Positions 33,849 to 35,780 of a stretch of DNA of 35,780 nt are shown here, in pieces. Under the pieces are notes generated by a model that saw only the letters and a list, made by a program, of their open reading frames with translations, ran no database searches and was not told the DNA's origin. Position 1 is the first letter of the stretch, and the number at the start of each line of letters is the position of its first letter. Source of the DNA: a virus (lineage: Duplodnaviria; Caudoviricetes). A program made the position numbers and the translations under genes. The stretch spans positions 1 through 35,780 of IMG/VR virus record IMGVR_UViG_3300030372_002552; one strand, written 5' to 3'.

Positions 33849-35780
33849 TTATTCTGTAATAAAAGTACCAGAAAAAAATACTTCCATATTATCATTTTCA
33901 CCAAAATCATCACCCATATTGCTTTCTTCATTACTGTTAGCTCCTTGAAAAAATAATACTGTTGAATTTGGTAATAAAGTTGCGTTAATTACATCATCAG
34001 TACCAAGAGAAGAACCTGTTACTAAAACTGGAAATACTGACCTTAAATTTGTCGTATTTTTAGAAGTGAAAGGCATACCACTTATTCCAATATTATCATC
34101 TACTCTTGCATTATCAGCGTTCCACTTTAAATAAATTTGGAAATGGCACATATTGCCTATTTTTGTATATGCTCCAGTTTGAGTAACATTTGTAGAGTTT
34201 GTCATATCATCAGAGTTTTGATAATAAATAGCTGGTGTAAAAGTGCCTTCTTCATAATTATCTAATGTATTAACATCTCCACTTGGGTTCGCACTTGCAT
34301 CATCTGGAAAGTTTATACCTGTTGTAACATTCACTCCAGCACAATGAACTGTAGCACCAACATCTTCTGCCATATAAACATCAGTACAATCCCCATTACC
34401 AATCGTTGCTGTGTTGTCTCCTTTTCCAGTTACGTGGTATCCAATTACTATTTGATTTTCTCCACCACCACCTCCATTTGGAGCCGCAGTATGACCTATA
34501 ATTGTATTATAATCTCCAGTTGAAAGATCACCGCCAGAATCTGCTCCTACTGCTGTATTTTTTGTTCCAGACGTTACAGCAGTTAAAGATTGATACCCGA
34601 CACCTGTGTTACCATCAGCCGCAGACGTTAAATTAGCATCAAGAGCCGCATATCCAATGGCTACATTCTCACTTGCTCCAGCATTTGTACCAGACATAGA
34701 AGAATTACCAATCGCTACATTTCTTTTATTTTCAGAAGATGTAGATGCTCCACCTAATGCTCCATAACCAAAAGCAACATTATCCTCACCTGTAGTTAAT
34801 TCATCCATTGCTTGGAATCCTACAGCCGTGTTCCTTGCTCCAGATGTCAGCGAACTAAGGGCTTCGTAACCAATTCCAATCGTACCTGTCATTCCTTGAG
34901 CATTACCTGTTGCATCTACAGCATTATAACCTATCGCAATATTTCCCACAAAATCTATGTTGTTATTCAAAAGGTCTCCACCAAGTAAGGCGTTTGTACC
35001 GATAGCAATATTGCCATCTATTTCTGTAGTAGAACGATAACCTTCAACAGCACCCATTGCATCAGTACCTATTGCGATGTTATGATTTCCACCATTAGCT
35101 GGTGCCGCTACTCCACCTGAACCATCTCCACCTTGCAAAGCATCCATAGAATTATGGCCAAGTGCAATGTTATTAGTTCCTGTTTGCATTAAGCTCATAG
35201 ACTGATACCCTATGGCTAAGTTTTTAGCCCCAGATGTCAATACATTAAGTGCTTCATACCCAATAGCTACTGTACCAATAGCAGTAGCATCAACAAGTGC
35301 ACTTGCCATACAAGAGTGACCTATCGCAACTGTCCTTTGGGCACTTGTTGTTGTATGACCAGCAAAGTCTCCCACAAACGTATTTAAAGTACCTACAGTC
35401 AAATCTTCTCCGCTACGAGAACCAAGTGCGACATTAAAGTCACCTGTTGTAATTGATTTTAAAGCTTGGTAGCCTACTCCAGTATTATAAGTGGCATCAT
35501 TCATAGAGCCAGTTGCAATACTTTCACCAACAAAAACATTATAGTTACTACCAGCATCCAATGATGTGGCTGTACTTTTTCCAAAGATAGTATTTGATGT
35601 ACCACTATCATTATTAGAGAGTGAGATTCTGGAGTTGTTGTCAATTATAAAATTTGTTGTACTTTCATTTGTTAAAAATCTATGCTGACTTGATGTACCA
35701 GTAGTTGTATAATCTATATGCCCACCAGATACTGCATTTAATAAATCAATATCAGAATTGCCTGTTGAACCAAATCCAAA
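33849..35780 (-). CDS. Fibre protein C-terminal part, allele B (open at the right edge; joins 3120-1255 on circularisation)
   Basis: The frame continues to 35780 in register with allele A. NxAIGxxA beta-helix repeats and a terminal LDNYEEGTFTP...YTKIGN...GMPFTS domain. Confidence 0.88.
   Translation of the reverse strand, partial: FGFGSTGNSDIDLLNAVSGGHIDYTTTGTSSQHRFLTNESTTNFIIDNNSRISLSNNDSGTSNTIFGKSTATSLDAGSNYNVFVGESIATGSMNDATYNTGVGYQALKSITTGDFNVALGSRSGEDLTVGTLNTFVGDFAGHTTTSAQRTVAIGHSCMASALVDATAIGTVAIGYEALNVLTSGAKNLAIGYQSMSLMQTGTNNIALGHNSMDALQGGDGSGGVAAPANGGNHNIAIGTDAMGAVEGYRSTTEIDGNIAIGTNALLGGDLLNNNIDFVGNIAIGYNAVDATGNAQGMTGTIGIGYEALSSLTSGARNTAVGFQAMDELTTGEDNVAFGYGALGGASTSSENKRNVAIGNSSMSGTNAGASENVAIGYAALDANLTSAADGNTGVGYQSLTAVTSGTKNTAVGADSGGDLSTGDYNTIIGHTAAPNGGGGGENQIVIGYHVTGKGDNTATIGNGDCTDVYMAEDVGATVHCAGVNVTTGINFPDDASANPSGDVNTLDNYEEGTFTPAIYYQNSDDMTNSTNVTQTGAYTKIGNMCHFQIYLKWNADNARVDDNIGISGMPFTSKNTTNLRSVFPVLVTGSSLGTDDVINATLLPNSTVLFFQGANSNEESNMGDDFGENDNMEVFFSGTFITE
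35235..35780. repeat. Copy 2 of the ~546-bp repeat (see 709-1254)
   Basis: Last 150 nt are identical to 1105-1254. Confidence 0.95.

Noticed and set aside
35631-35780. Genuine direct terminal repeat of the virion DNA
   Set aside because: The match is internal (1105-1254), mid-gene and exactly 150 nt, which fits an assembly overlap better.
33849-35780. Invertase/shufflon-type fibre switching
   Set aside because: The copies are in direct orientation, and no site-specific recombinase or inverted crossover sites were recognised.

Overview
This window looks like a near-complete genome of an AT-rich tailed dsDNA phage with siphovirus-type tail genes. The last 150 nt (35631-35780) are identical to 1105-1254, which closes a circle of about 34,526 bp inside a large fibre gene. 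The two window ends carry two different C-terminal halves of that fibre. The minus strand encodes the early/replication genes (RHH and HTH regulators, Rad52/Sak-like annealase, short HTH initiator, RuvC-like resolvase, and a likely origin with DnaA boxes and iterons). It also encodes TerS, TerL, portal, a membrane/nuclease cluster, a MuF head protein fused to a RelA/SpoT-type toxin domain, scaffold, major capsid, fibre, GH108 endolysin, a cluster of very basic mini-proteins, and the tail module with a -1 frameshifted chaperone. Three plus-strand islands interrupt this backbone. Two of them (5.7-7.1 kb and 12.8-15.8 kb) carry four copies of one conserved 45-nt promoter and several putative structured RNAs. 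The third (20.6-21.3 kb) encodes a histone-fold protein. The most notable features are: (1) a virion-associated alarmone-synthetase toxin whose likely immunity gene is convergent and antisense; (2) a phage histone plus a protamine-like cluster; (3) a swappable, GATC-depleted fibre module; (4) a promoter-plus-AUG cassette driving early islands placed inside the packaging module. No integrase, CRISPR array, tRNA or reverse transcriptase was recognised. All family assignments come from motif recognition by eye; no searches were run.
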